Assembly (NCBI GenBank): GCA_018336195.1
Contig: JAGXQV010000145.1
Coordinates: 21,995-45,994 of the forward strand
DNA length: 24,000 bases
Direction of reading: 5' to 3'
Source: Sulfuricella sp.
Lineage (GTDB): Bacteria > Pseudomonadota > Gammaproteobacteria > Burkholderiales > Sulfuricellaceae
The notes under the pieces were generated by a model. It saw nothing but the letters and a program-made list of their open reading frames with translations. It ran no database searches and was not told the origin of the DNA. Numbering within the stretch: the first letter of the stretch is position 1; every line of letters begins with the position of its first letter. Positions 10,634 to 19,800 of this stretch are shown piece after piece. A program made the translations under genes and the position numbers.

Positions 10634-12247
10634 TCACGGCAAGGCTGGCAGGCCCAGTTCATTGAGGAAGGCATTGTGTCTGTCCCGCGCATCCTTGATG
10701 TTCTGCTCCAGGGCGACTAGCTCGGTATTGATTTCCTGCAAATCGACCTCAGCCTCGCCCACCGCCGTGCTGATATAGCGCGAGATATTCAGGTTGAAGT
10801 CGTTCTTCTCGATCTCTGCCATGTCCACCCGTCGGGCGTAGCGGGGCTCTTCCTTTCGGAATTGGTAGGTGCCGATGATCTTGGCGATGTGCTCCTCGCT
10901 CAATTGATTCTGGCGTTTGCCTTTCACGAAGTGCTCGGCGGCATTGATGAAGAGCACGTCGTCTGGCTTCTTGCACTTCTTCAGCACCAGGATACACACC
11001 GGGATGCCGGTGGAGTAGAAGAGATTGGCGGGCAGGCCGATGACGGTGTCGATGTGGCCGTCCTTGAGCAGCTTGGTGCGGATGCGTTCCTCGGCGCCGC
11101 CACGGAACAGCACGCCGTGGGGCAGGATGATCGCCATCACGCCTTCGTCCTTGAGGAAGTGGAAGCCGTGCAACAGGAAGGCGAAGTCGGCGGCGGATTT
11201 GGGGGCGAGGCCGTGGCTTTTGAAACGCACGTCGTCGGCCAGCGCGTCGGTCGGCTCCCAGCGGTAGCTGAACGGTGGATTGGCGACGACGGCGTCGAAG
11301 CTCGGCTTCTTCGCCGGGTTCGGCTCGCGCATCATGTCCCACTCGTTGAGCAGGGTATCGCCGTGGAAGATGTCGAATTCCGTGTCCTTCACCCCGTGCA
11401 GCAGCATGTTCATGCGGGCCAGGTTGTAGGTGGTGATGTTCTTTTCCTGGCCGAAGATTTTGCCGATGGCGCCGCCCGCCTTTGCCACCTTCTTGCGCAC
11501 GTTGAGCAGCAGCGAACCGGAACCGCAGGCGAAGTCCAGCACGCTCTCCAGCCGCTTTTTGGTCCCGGTTTTCGGTTCCTGGCTGTCCAGCGTGACGATG
11601 GCCGAAAGGATGTCGGAAATCTGCTGCGGGGTGTAGAACTCGCCCGCCTTCTTGCCCGACCCGGCGGCAAACTGGCCGATCAGGTATTCATAGGCATCGC
11701 CCAGCGCGTCGATGTTCGTGGAGAACTCCGCCAGCCCTTCGGCAATTTTCTGGATGATGGTGCACAGCTTGGCGTTCCGGTCCTCATACTTCTTGCCCAG
11801 CTTGGGAGAACTCAGGTCGATCTCGGAGAACAGGCCCTGAAAGGTGCTCTCAAAGGATTCCGTTTCGATGTATTTGAAGCCCGCTTGCAGCGTGTTGAGC
11901 AGCTCGCCGTTCTGGGTGCGCGCCAGGTTGGCGATGCTGTTCCACAGGTGCGCGGGCTGGATGACGTAATGCACCTTGCGCCGCATCTGCTTCTCGAACG
12001 CCGGGATGTCGTCCACATTGTTCGCATACCACAGCGCCAGCGGCACCTTGCGGGTGTCGCCGCCTACATCCGGGTAATCCCGCCCCAGCTCCTTCTTCGC
12101 CGCCGTCTCGTAGTTATCCGAGAGGTAGCGCAGGAAGAGGAAGGACAGCATGTAGTCGCGAAAGTCGTCCGCATCCATCGCCCCGCGCAGTTGGTCGGCG
12201 ATGCTCCAGAGGGTGTTGCCCAGTTGTTTTTGGTTGGTTTCGGTCAT
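10634..12247 (-). CDS. hsdM: Type I restriction-modification system, DNA methyltransferase subunit M (N6-adenine)
   Basis: 537 aa. AdoMet motif VLDFACGSGSLLLNV and catalytic motif VVANPPFSYRW. The N-terminal HsdM_N-like segment LWSIADQLRGAMDADDFRDYMLSFLFLRYLSDNYE resembles, from memory, the EcoR124I/type IC style. Confidence 0.95.
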   Translation of the reverse strand: MTETNQKQLGNTLWSIADQLRGAMDADDFRDYMLSFLFLRYLSDNYETAAKKELGRDYPDVGGDTRKVPLALWYANNVDDIPAFEKQMRRKVHYVIQPAHLWNSIANLARTQNGELLNTLQAGFKYIETESFESTFQGLFSEIDLSSPKLGKKYEDRNAKLCTIIQKIAEGLAEFSTNIDALGDAYEYLIGQFAAGSGKKAGEFYTPQQISDILSAIVTLDSQEPKTGTKKRLESVLDFACGSGSLLLNVRKKVAKAGGAIGKIFGQEKNITTYNLARMNMLLHGVKDTEFDIFHGDTLLNEWDMMREPNPAKKPSFDAVVANPPFSYRWEPTDALADDVRFKSHGLAPKSAADFAFLLHGFHFLKDEGVMAIILPHGVLFRGGAEERIRTKLLKDGHIDTVIGLPANLFYSTGIPVCILVLKKCKKPDDVLFINAAEHFVKGKRQNQLSEEHIAKIIGTYQFRKEEPRYARRVDMAEIEKNDFNLNISRYISTAVGEAEVDLQEINTELVALEQNIKDARDRHNAFLNELGLPALP

Positions 12248-12250
12248 GGT

Positions 12251-13147
12251 TTATGGCTTGCCCTCTTGCGGTGGGGGTAACGTTTTGGTGCGCTCTGCCA
12301 GCATCTTATCCTCGGATTTCACTCGGCGTTCCAGCTTCTTCAGGTCTTCTTCGGCAGCCAGTTTTTCGGGCTGAATACCGCGCTGCCCTAGCATGTCGCG
12401 CACGCTTTCGTTGTTCTTAACGTGTTCGTGCGTAATCGCGGGTTCGCCGCGCAAATTGTCTTGTCGCACGTTGTGATTCGTCATTTCGGTGGCGAGATTT
12501 TTGGCGGCAATGGTCAGCGTAGGCAAAAAATCAGCCAGCGGACGGTTGGCTACAATGCCGTATTTATTTTTCATGGCTTGCGTGGTGTTTCCACCAAACA
12601 GTGCCTGATCCCCCCGTGATCGAATCCGGCCAAAACCAGCATCGTCCACACCGCGCTCGTAAATGTTTTGCGAGAGTGCCTTTTCCGACTCCTTGAGCCG
12701 GTCACGTGCTTCCATGCGCGCTTGCAGGCGCATGCGGTCTTCAATTAGCTCTTGCTTGCGGGTTTGCACAGCAAAGTAGCTTTGCGCAAAGGCAACCTCA
12801 GGCTTGCGCGGATCGCCGTTCTGGGCAATCAGGTAACAGGCATAGCGGGTGAGCATGAAATCATCAATTTCCCGCTCCCCGCCCTTGCCATGGACGATCA
12901 ATTTCGTGACGCCACGAAAATGATCTGAAACCGCATGTCCAGAGGCTTCGCATGCCTGCATAGCGCGCTGGATGGCGGTTTGAAAGTTCTCCCAGCGCGC
13001 ATAGCCCAAGGGAACTTGCAAATCGCGGGCAAACCAGAATTCGACGCCCTCGGCATCGGCACGCTGTGCACCAGCCTCCAGACTACTTTGCAAGGCTTTG
13101 AGTGGCTCATCCATGGTGTTTCCTCCGCTGGTTTTGTACTTGTTCAT
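12251..13147 (-). CDS. dinD: DNA damage-inducible protein D (DinD) family protein. The start is uncertain (ATG 13147, or ATG 13114 = MDEPLK...).
   Basis: 298-aa ORF. EFWFARDLQVPLGYARWENFQTAIQRAMQACEASGHAVSDHF...LTRYACYLIAQNGDPRKPEVAFAQSYFAVQTRKQE matches my recollection of the conserved core of E. coli DinD (SRYACYL..QNGDP.KP....Q.YFA.QTR). The stop lies 3 nt before the hsdM start. Confidence 0.82.
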   Translation of the reverse strand: MNKYKTSGGNTMDEPLKALQSSLEAGAQRADAEGVEFWFARDLQVPLGYARWENFQTAIQRAMQACEASGHAVSDHFRGVTKLIVHGKGGEREIDDFMLTRYACYLIAQNGDPRKPEVAFAQSYFAVQTRKQELIEDRMRLQARMEARDRLKESEKALSQNIYERGVDDAGFGRIRSRGDQALFGGNTTQAMKNKYGIVANRPLADFLPTLTIAAKNLATEMTNHNVRQDNLRGEPAITHEHVKNNESVRDMLGQRGIQPEKLAAEEDLKKLERRVKSEDKMLAERTKTLPPPQEGKP

Positions 13148-13358
13148 GCATTTGAACTGTCAAGGATTCCTTGACAGTTGCCGCCGAGTCCAACTCCCCG
13201 TCCTCGAAGATGTTCTTCAGGTGCAGGGAGATGTTCTGCTTCGTGGCATCGAAGAGTTCCGCCATCTCCAACTGCGTCAGCCAGACGGTCTGCTCCTGCG
13301 CCCGCAGCTTGATCTGGCTGCGGCCGTCTTCGGTTGTGTAGAGAATCAGGTCGTTCAT
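13107..13358 (-). pseudogene. Truncated N-terminal remnant of a RhuM-family (virulence protein RhuM-like) gene
   Basis: The first ~68 aa, MNDLILYTTEDGRSQIKLRAQEQTVWLTQLEMAELFDATKQNISLHLKNIFEDGELDSAATVKESLTVQ, follow the typical RhuM N-terminus (..LY.tedG...WLtq.qmaeLF....qNIs.HlkNIf..gEL....tvKe.LtVq). The ORF then diverges (MHEQVQNQRRKHHG*) and stops at 83 aa. Full-length family members are roughly 300+ aa, and the expected ...EG.R.V.R....YNLD...VGYRV core is absent. Its 3' end overlaps the dinD start region. Confidence 0.7.
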
Positions 13359-13363
13359 GGTGT

Positions 13364-14575
13364 CTACGCTGGTGCCCGGGGGGATACAGGTGTGGTTGCT
13401 AATTCTGCCACTGCAGGGCGGAATGAATAGCGGTCCAGGAAAACGTTGAGAATCTCGCGGAACATCTTCTTGTCAGTGGAGGTGATCGATTCAGACTCGA
13501 AGACCGAATACTTGGCATGACTTCTGACATTCAAAAAACGTGCGTAGAGGGCCTTATTGGCATGCCCTTCAAAACATGTAGAGATGTGTTGTCGGCCAAA
13601 GAATATGGCGGTCTTTTCGAGAATGCTACGGAGCGAGTTGAAATGATATTGTGAAATCTTTCCAGATTTCGCCACCGCACGCAGCTCGTCCAAGGCCGCG
13701 ACATGATGCAGAAAGGGAGACTCGCCGGTATCTTCGAGAGTGTATGTCTGCGCCTCATTCAGCCGGTGCAGAATGTATGCCTTCTTCCTAATATTGTCTT
13801 TGCCCTCAGGGGGTCTCTTCCCTGTAAGTTCATTGAACATCACATTGAAGAACAAACCATGGTGCGTAGAAATTACGACCTTCAGCTTATTGTTTTCATT
13901 TTTCAGCAATCCACCTAGGCTAGCCGCAACGGCAATGGTGTTGTGCTCATCCAGTGACGAGATGGGGTCATCGATATAAACATACTTTACCCAATCGTAA
14001 GGCGCCCCTTTTTCAGCTTCGATGGCGAGTTGGAGTATTGACAAGAAGAAGCACCAGATAAAAATGTTTTCCTCGCCTCTGGAGATTTTGATGTCCTCAA
14101 GCCGCCTGCGATTTCCGGCCACCGTCACGTCGCGATGAAAGCGTATCTCGGCCGCAGCGTAGTCAATTCTGAAATCAAAGTCAGCGTGCTGATGAAGAAG
14201 TGGGCGAATGAGGTCTTCGATGCCCATTCCGTCAAGGCCATCAAAGAAGCGAGACTGAGCCTTAAACTTAATTTTGCGTTCCCGGTCCTCATTGAGGTCA
14301 TTGTCCCAATCAAAGAGGTCTTCAGTAAAGGCATTGAAGTAAAGAGTGTCCCGTTTCTCCTCCTTCTTGCCGAGATCTTTAAATTCCATCGACAGGCGAG
14401 TTTTCCCCACGCCATTGTGTGCGAACACCAGAACGAAATCATTTCCTGAAACCGGTGTAGTGCCTTTCCGATTGGCCGTCTTCTTGCGTTTGTTAACTCC
14501 CTTTAAATCCCTGCGGAGCTTTTTCGCCAGTGACTCCAGCGATCTGAATTTGTTGATGGTTGTTATCTTGCTCAT
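13364..14575 (-). CDS. PrrC-like ABC/AAA_13-type ATPase, a candidate anticodon nuclease
   Basis: 403 aa. Walker A FAHNGVGKTRLS. ABC-signature-like ISRGEENIF. Walker B/D-loop YVYIDDPISSLDEHN. H-switch VVISTHHG. The C-terminal region has R316-x3-E320 (LRSILEK) and H353 (NVRSHAKY). This spacing mirrors the R320/E324/H356 catalytic residues I recall for E. coli PrrC (396 aa). The gene is embedded in a type IC-like R-M locus directly after hsdS (ATGA overlap at 14572-14575). That it is a real CDS is near certain. The confidence given here is for the functional call. Confidence 0.62.
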   Translation of the reverse strand: MSKITTINKFRSLESLAKKLRRDLKGVNKRKKTANRKGTTPVSGNDFVLVFAHNGVGKTRLSMEFKDLGKKEEKRDTLYFNAFTEDLFDWDNDLNEDRERKIKFKAQSRFFDGLDGMGIEDLIRPLLHQHADFDFRIDYAAAEIRFHRDVTVAGNRRRLEDIKISRGEENIFIWCFFLSILQLAIEAEKGAPYDWVKYVYIDDPISSLDEHNTIAVAASLGGLLKNENNKLKVVISTHHGLFFNVMFNELTGKRPPEGKDNIRKKAYILHRLNEAQTYTLEDTGESPFLHHVAALDELRAVAKSGKISQYHFNSLRSILEKTAIFFGRQHISTCFEGHANKALYARFLNVRSHAKYSVFESESITSTDKKMFREILNVFLDRYSFRPAVAELATTPVSPRAPA

Positions 14576-15804
14576 GATTGGATGGCATCAGGGGATGGAA
14601 ATAGCTGCTGCATCAGACCCTCCTTGTGAGACTTGAGGGTATCGAGCTTCTCGATTTCAGCGGCGATCGTGTTGTCGAGGCTCGTGAGGCAGTCTGCGAT
14701 CTTCCTCTGTTCGGCCAATGTCGGGAAAGCGCTTTGCCAGCTCTCGATTGCCCCTTTAGTGATGTGCATGATGCCAAGCCCATTCGTAGTCTTGGCCTTC
14801 ATGTTTTCAGTTTCATTTTCGAGGGTGATGAAGAGGAACTGCTTGTCGATTCCACGCTGCTCAATCACTTTCCAAATGTGGTAGTGATAAATGGATTTTT
14901 CGCCGCGCCAGATGCGGGGTCCAAAGGACGCGGACCACGCATAAAGCAGGTCGCCCTTCTCACAATACTTCGTCTCATCCAACTCAAGGTCTGAGTAATA
15001 CCAAGCGTTGCTGGTGAAGAAGTTCCCAACACGCAGAACTGGGTATTTCCCAGATTCGAGCAGTTCTTCCTGTTTGTAGGCTCGGCCGTTGTAGAAAATC
15101 GCGGCTTGGCCCAAGGCCATCCTTTTCCACTCCCCGGCGTTTTGGAATTCTGGGAAGCGGAGGAGGGGTTGGGTTTCGCGTTCGCGGGGGAAAAGCTGTT
15201 GCATCAGCCCTTTTTTATGGGTCTTGAGCGCGTCCACTTTCCGCGCTTGCGCGGCCATCAGTTCGTCCACTGAACTCAGGCACTCGGCGATTTTTTGTTG
15301 TTCGGCGGGGGATGGAAGCGCGACTGAGAATGAGAGGAAGGTTTCAGCATGGATGCGTCTTGCCTTTCTACTTCCATCGGCAGTTTCACCCAACCTTTCG
15401 TAAAAATCTCTGCGCTTGACGTATTCCAAAAGGAACACGGGGTTGAGCCCGCCAGTGATGTCAAAGCATGGCAAATCGACCGTTGACTCAAAGTTGTCCA
15501 AGCTGGGGGGAATGATGCCGAAGGCTTGGTTCAGAAAATCAAGTTTGCTGTAAATAAACTGTCCGGTTTTGCGCCGGAAATACTGAGTGTTGATGCTGCC
15601 TTGAATGGCATCGTTCTTCTCGAAAACTCCGTTTCCCCAGAGCTTAACGGTAATCTTCTTTGCGACGTTGCCCTTACTTCCTGGTAGTCGGCTTTCACTC
15701 AGAAATTCGCCAAGCTGTCTTTCTTTCCACCCCTCTGCCCCCCGAAACTCAGGAAACCTCCGCTTCGGCACCAGCGCGGACTTTTTGCTGCGCGCTCCGC
15801 TCAT
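14572..15804 (-). CDS. hsdS: Type I restriction-modification system, specificity subunit S
   Basis: 410 aa with two variable target-recognition regions. They are separated and followed by repeated conserved regions AEQQKIAECLSSVDELMAAQARKVDALKTHKKGLMQQLFP and AEQRKIADCLTSLDNTIAAEIEKLDTLKSHKEGLMQQLFP. RFPEF motifs precede each TRD. ATGA overlaps occur at both ends. Confidence 0.93.
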   Translation of the reverse strand: MSGARSKKSALVPKRRFPEFRGAEGWKERQLGEFLSESRLPGSKGNVAKKITVKLWGNGVFEKNDAIQGSINTQYFRRKTGQFIYSKLDFLNQAFGIIPPSLDNFESTVDLPCFDITGGLNPVFLLEYVKRRDFYERLGETADGSRKARRIHAETFLSFSVALPSPAEQQKIAECLSSVDELMAAQARKVDALKTHKKGLMQQLFPRERETQPLLRFPEFQNAGEWKRMALGQAAIFYNGRAYKQEELLESGKYPVLRVGNFFTSNAWYYSDLELDETKYCEKGDLLYAWSASFGPRIWRGEKSIYHYHIWKVIEQRGIDKQFLFITLENETENMKAKTTNGLGIMHITKGAIESWQSAFPTLAEQRKIADCLTSLDNTIAAEIEKLDTLKSHKEGLMQQLFPSPDAIQS

Positions 15805-16811
15805 GCCGCTCCTCCCAATTCCTGCGCCAGCAGTTCATGCAGTTTGGCCTGGATGAGTTTTTTGTCGGGCAATTGCAATTGGTATTGGGCGATCAGCGTG
15901 GGCGAGAGGTTGCGCGACAGGGCGTATTCCACCACTTCCTGGTCGTGGTCACAGCATAGCAGAACGCCGATGCTGGGGTTCTCGTGCGCTTTCTTGATGT
16001 CGCGGTCGAGCGCTTCAAGATAGAAATTCAGTTGCCCCATGTGCTCGGGGCTGAATTTGCCGATTTTGAGTTCAAAAGCCACCAGCGCAGAAAGGCCGCG
16101 ATGGTAAAAGAGCAGGTCAATGAAAAAATCCTGATTGCCGACTTGCAGGCGGAATTTTTCGCCCATGAAGATGAAATCCGCGCCCAGTTCCAGAATGAAG
16201 GCCTTCATGTTCGCCACCAGGGCGCGTTGCAGGTCGCCTTCACTGTGAGATTCGGGCAAGCCGAGAAACTCAAGGACGTAACTGTCTTTGAAGGCGCCGG
16301 CGATCAGCGGGTTCAATTCTCTCGCCACCGGTGAGAGTTTTGCGCCGGTCACACTGCGCTCAAAATGGGTAGCGTCAATTTGACGCTCCAGTTCCCGCTT
16401 GCCCAAACCCTCGGCCAAGGTCAATTGCAGGTAGTAAGCGCGTTCTTCCGCCGACTTGCAGCGCGAAAAGATGATGGTGTTGTGCGTCCAGGGCAATGCT
16501 CGCGCCAGTGCCGAGCGTTTTTCATCGCCTCGATAGGTCTCGTAAAACTGCTTCATGCGCCACAGGTTCTTGTCGCTGAAACCTTTGGCCTCCGGGGCGT
16601 GTTGGGCGATGTAGCGTGCCAGTTCGGACACCACGCCTTTTCCCCAGACTTCGCGTTGTACTTTTTCGCTGATGGTTTGGCCGATGTGCCAATACAACTC
16701 CATCAGGGCCGTATTGGCCTGTGCAAAGATTTTTTGCCGCGCTTGCTGAATCTGCCCTAGCAATTCGCGGAAGGCGTTTTCGGTGGGGTCGGTGTTGTTC
16801 AGCTTATTCAT
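15801..16811 (-). CDS. YhcG/DUF1016-family PD-(D/E)xK nuclease-like protein
   Basis: The N-terminal helical region LMELYWHIGQTISEKV....WGKGVVSELARYI and LPWTHNTIIFSRCKSAEERAYYLQ is typical of the DUF1016 N-domain. The C-terminal nuclease core FFIDLLFYHRGLSALVAFELKIGKF carries an intact D...E-x-K. I chose the start at ATG 16811 (MNKLNN...), which overlaps the hsdR stop by 8 nt. The track ORF extends to 16856. Confidence 0.82.
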   Translation of the reverse strand: MNKLNNTDPTENAFRELLGQIQQARQKIFAQANTALMELYWHIGQTISEKVQREVWGKGVVSELARYIAQHAPEAKGFSDKNLWRMKQFYETYRGDEKRSALARALPWTHNTIIFSRCKSAEERAYYLQLTLAEGLGKRELERQIDATHFERSVTGAKLSPVARELNPLIAGAFKDSYVLEFLGLPESHSEGDLQRALVANMKAFILELGADFIFMGEKFRLQVGNQDFFIDLLFYHRGLSALVAFELKIGKFSPEHMGQLNFYLEALDRDIKKAHENPSIGVLLCCDHDQEVVEYALSRNLSPTLIAQYQLQLPDKKLIQAKLHELLAQELGGAA

Positions 16812-19800
16812 ACGCGCTGAGTCCTGAGATGTCGCGGCCATCGGCACGTTTGACAAGGTAGGGGGCGCAATCCTGCATCAGGGCGATTTCCTTGTGGGTG
16901 CGCTCTTTCCAGCCGAGGTCATACGGGGCGTAGAGGTCGCTGAGTTGCTCGCCATCGAAAATCATGCGGTCGAGAATGCCGTCCACAAAGCTTTGCAGGG
17001 CGGCGGTGGCGAGGCCGTGTTTCGCAGAGATGGCGGCGAGTTCCTGGGCGTTCTTTTCAGCCTTGAAGCGGGTGTAGCCCTCGCGGATGGCGGTCTCGGA
17101 GAGACCCTCGCCGGCCTTGAGGGTGCCGATGTATTCGGCGATGGCGTCGCGCTCGTTCATGAACTTGGCATCGGCGCCGATGAGGCCGATGAGTTCCTCG
17201 CGAGTCATCTTGGACTTGCCCGGCCCTTTCTGCGAGAACCTGGCGATAAGGCCCATGATGTAGTCGTAGTCGATGACGGCGGAGGCGAAGAGGACGAACT
17301 CGAAGTCGAGCTGGTCGATTTGTTCTGCGGGATCGTCGGCGCCCGGCCCATCACCCTCCTTGCCGCTCTTGACCCGCTGCTCTCTGAGCTTTTTGGCGGT
17401 TTCCAGATACTGGCCCTTGAAGCCGCGCAGGTTGTCCTCGGGCAGCACCTGCTCGATGCTGGCTTTGTTTTCCCCGGTGAGGTCGGTGTATTGGTCGAGT
17501 TGGGTCTTGAGGCGCTGGACTTCCTTGAAGTGGCTGATGAAGGCAGCGCGGGCTGCGTCGCCCTTCAAATTGGCGACGGCGGAGGGCGTACAGCTTAGGC
17601 CCTGAGACTTCATGAAGTCGTCGAGCTTCTGTACGGCGGCTTCCAGCTTCTTTATCACCACCGGCGCCTTGTCTACCAGCCAGATTTCCCGCGCCTGCTC
17701 GCCGGTCTTCTCACCGGAAAAAAGGGCGATGGCGGCATCGACTGAATCTTGTTGTTGGCGGAAGTCGAGGATGTTGCCGTAGGGCTTGGTGCCGTTGAGC
17801 ACGCGATTGGTGCGCGAGAAGGCCTGGATCAAGCCGTGGTGCTTGAGGTTCTTGTCCACGTAGAGCGTATTCAGGAACTTGGAATCGAAGCCGGTGAGCA
17901 GCATGTCCACGACGATGGTGATGTCGATCTTTTGCGCGGCGGGGTAGTCGGCATTCGGCCACTGCTGGTCTTTGATGCGCTTTTGCACATCCTGGTAGTA
18001 GAGGTCGAACTCGCTAAGGCGGTGATTGGTGCCGTAGCGGGCGTTATAGTCGGCGAGGATGACTTCAAGCGCTTGCTTCTTTTTCTCCGGCTCGACCTTG
18101 TTGTCCTCCTGCTCCTGCGGGAGGTCACTGGAAAGCTGCTTGATGTCCTTCTTGGCTTCTTCGTTCTCCGCGAGCTCAGCGGGCGGTGAGAAGACGCAGG
18201 CGATGTTCAGTGGCTTGTAGTCGGGGTCGGCGGTCTGTTTATCAGCCTGCAAGGTCTTGAACAGCGCGTGGTATTCGATGGCGTCGTTGATGGACGCGGT
18301 GGCGAGGATGGCGTTGAAGCGGCGTCCGCCGGTGGCGGCATCGTGCTTTGTCAGAATTTCGCCAACGATGGCCGCTTTGGAAAAGGGGGGCTTTGGTTCA
18401 TCGGCTTTGGGCGCCCCCTTGCCAACTGGCTTCGCCTCTTTCTCGTTCTTGGGCTTCGGCTTGAAGTAGTCGATGTGAAAGCGCAGGACATTGCCATCCT
18501 CGATGGCGTGGGTGATGGTGTAGGCGTGGAGCTGCTTCTGGAAGAGGTCTTCCGTGGTGCGCATGGAGGCCTGGGTATCCTCGATCTTCTGCAAAGTGGC
18601 ATTGGCCTCAAAGATGGGGGTGCCGGTGAAGCCGAAGAGTTGCGCCTGGGGGAAGAAGTCTTTGATGGCCTTGTGGTTCTCGCCGAACTGCGAGCGGTGG
18701 CACTCGTCGAAGATGAAGACGATGCGTTTGTCCTTCAGCGCTTCGAGTTGCTCCTTGTAGGTGGCCTGGCCGTTTTTGCTGCGCTGCTTGTTGCGCTTGC
18801 TGGACTCAATCAGCGCGAGGCCGAGCTTCTGGATGGTGGTGACGATGACCTTGTCGGCGTAGTCCTCGGAAAGCAGGCGGCGCACGAGGGCGGCGGTGTT
18901 GGTGTTTTCTTCGACGCAGCCTTCCTGGAACTTGTTGAATTCCTCCCGCGTCTGGCGGTCGAGGTCTTTGCGATCCACGACGAAAACGCACTTGTGGATA
19001 TGGTCGTTTTCCTTGAGCAGGGTGGACGCCTTGAAGGAGGTGAGCGTTTTTCCAGAACCTGTGGTGTGCCAGATGTAGCCATTGCCGTTGTCTTCGGCTA
19101 TGCACTTCACCATGTGCTGCACGGCATAGACCTGGTAGGGCCGCATAATCATGAGCTTTTGCTCCCCGGCGAGCAGCACCATGTAGCGGCTGATGATCCG
19201 CCCGAGGTCGCACTTTTTCAGGAAGCGCTCGGCGAACTCGTCGAGTTGGGTGATCTTGCGGTTGTCCTCGTCGGCGAACTCATAGATGGGCAGGAAGCGC
19301 TCGTCGGCATTGAAGGCGAAGTGGCGGGCGTTGTTGTTGGCGAAGTAGTAGCTGCGGTCGCGGTTGCTGACGATGAAAAGCTGCATGAAGCAGAGCAGCG
19401 TCTTGGTGTAGCCGTTGCCGGGGTCGTGCTTGTATTCGACGATCTGCTCCATGGCCCGGCGCGGATTGACGCCGAGAGTCTTCAACTCGATCTGCACCAC
19501 CGGCACGCCGTTGATGAGTAGAATCACGTCGTAACGGTGGTGGCTGTTGTCGGTGTTAATGCGGAGCTGGTTGATGACCTCGAAGTGGTTTTTGCACCAG
19601 TCCTTGAGATTGACCAGGGTGTAGTTCAGCGGCGTGTCATCGTCGCGGGTGAAGGCATTGATGCTGCGCAGGGTCTTGGCAGCGGCGAAGACATCCGGGG
19701 TGACGATTTCATCCAGCAGCCTGGCGAACTCGCTATCCGTGAGCCGGACACGATTCAGGGCCTCGAATTTGTCGCGGAAGTTTTTCTCTAACGCAGCGCG

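Noticed and set aside
10862-12280. 472-aa plus-strand ORF antisense to hsdM. Similar cases are 18268-19521 and 16894-17598 antisense to hsdR.
   Set aside because: They lie opposite strongly supported hsdM and hsdR frames. Their composition is repetitive (V/G/L/E/D-rich) without motifs.
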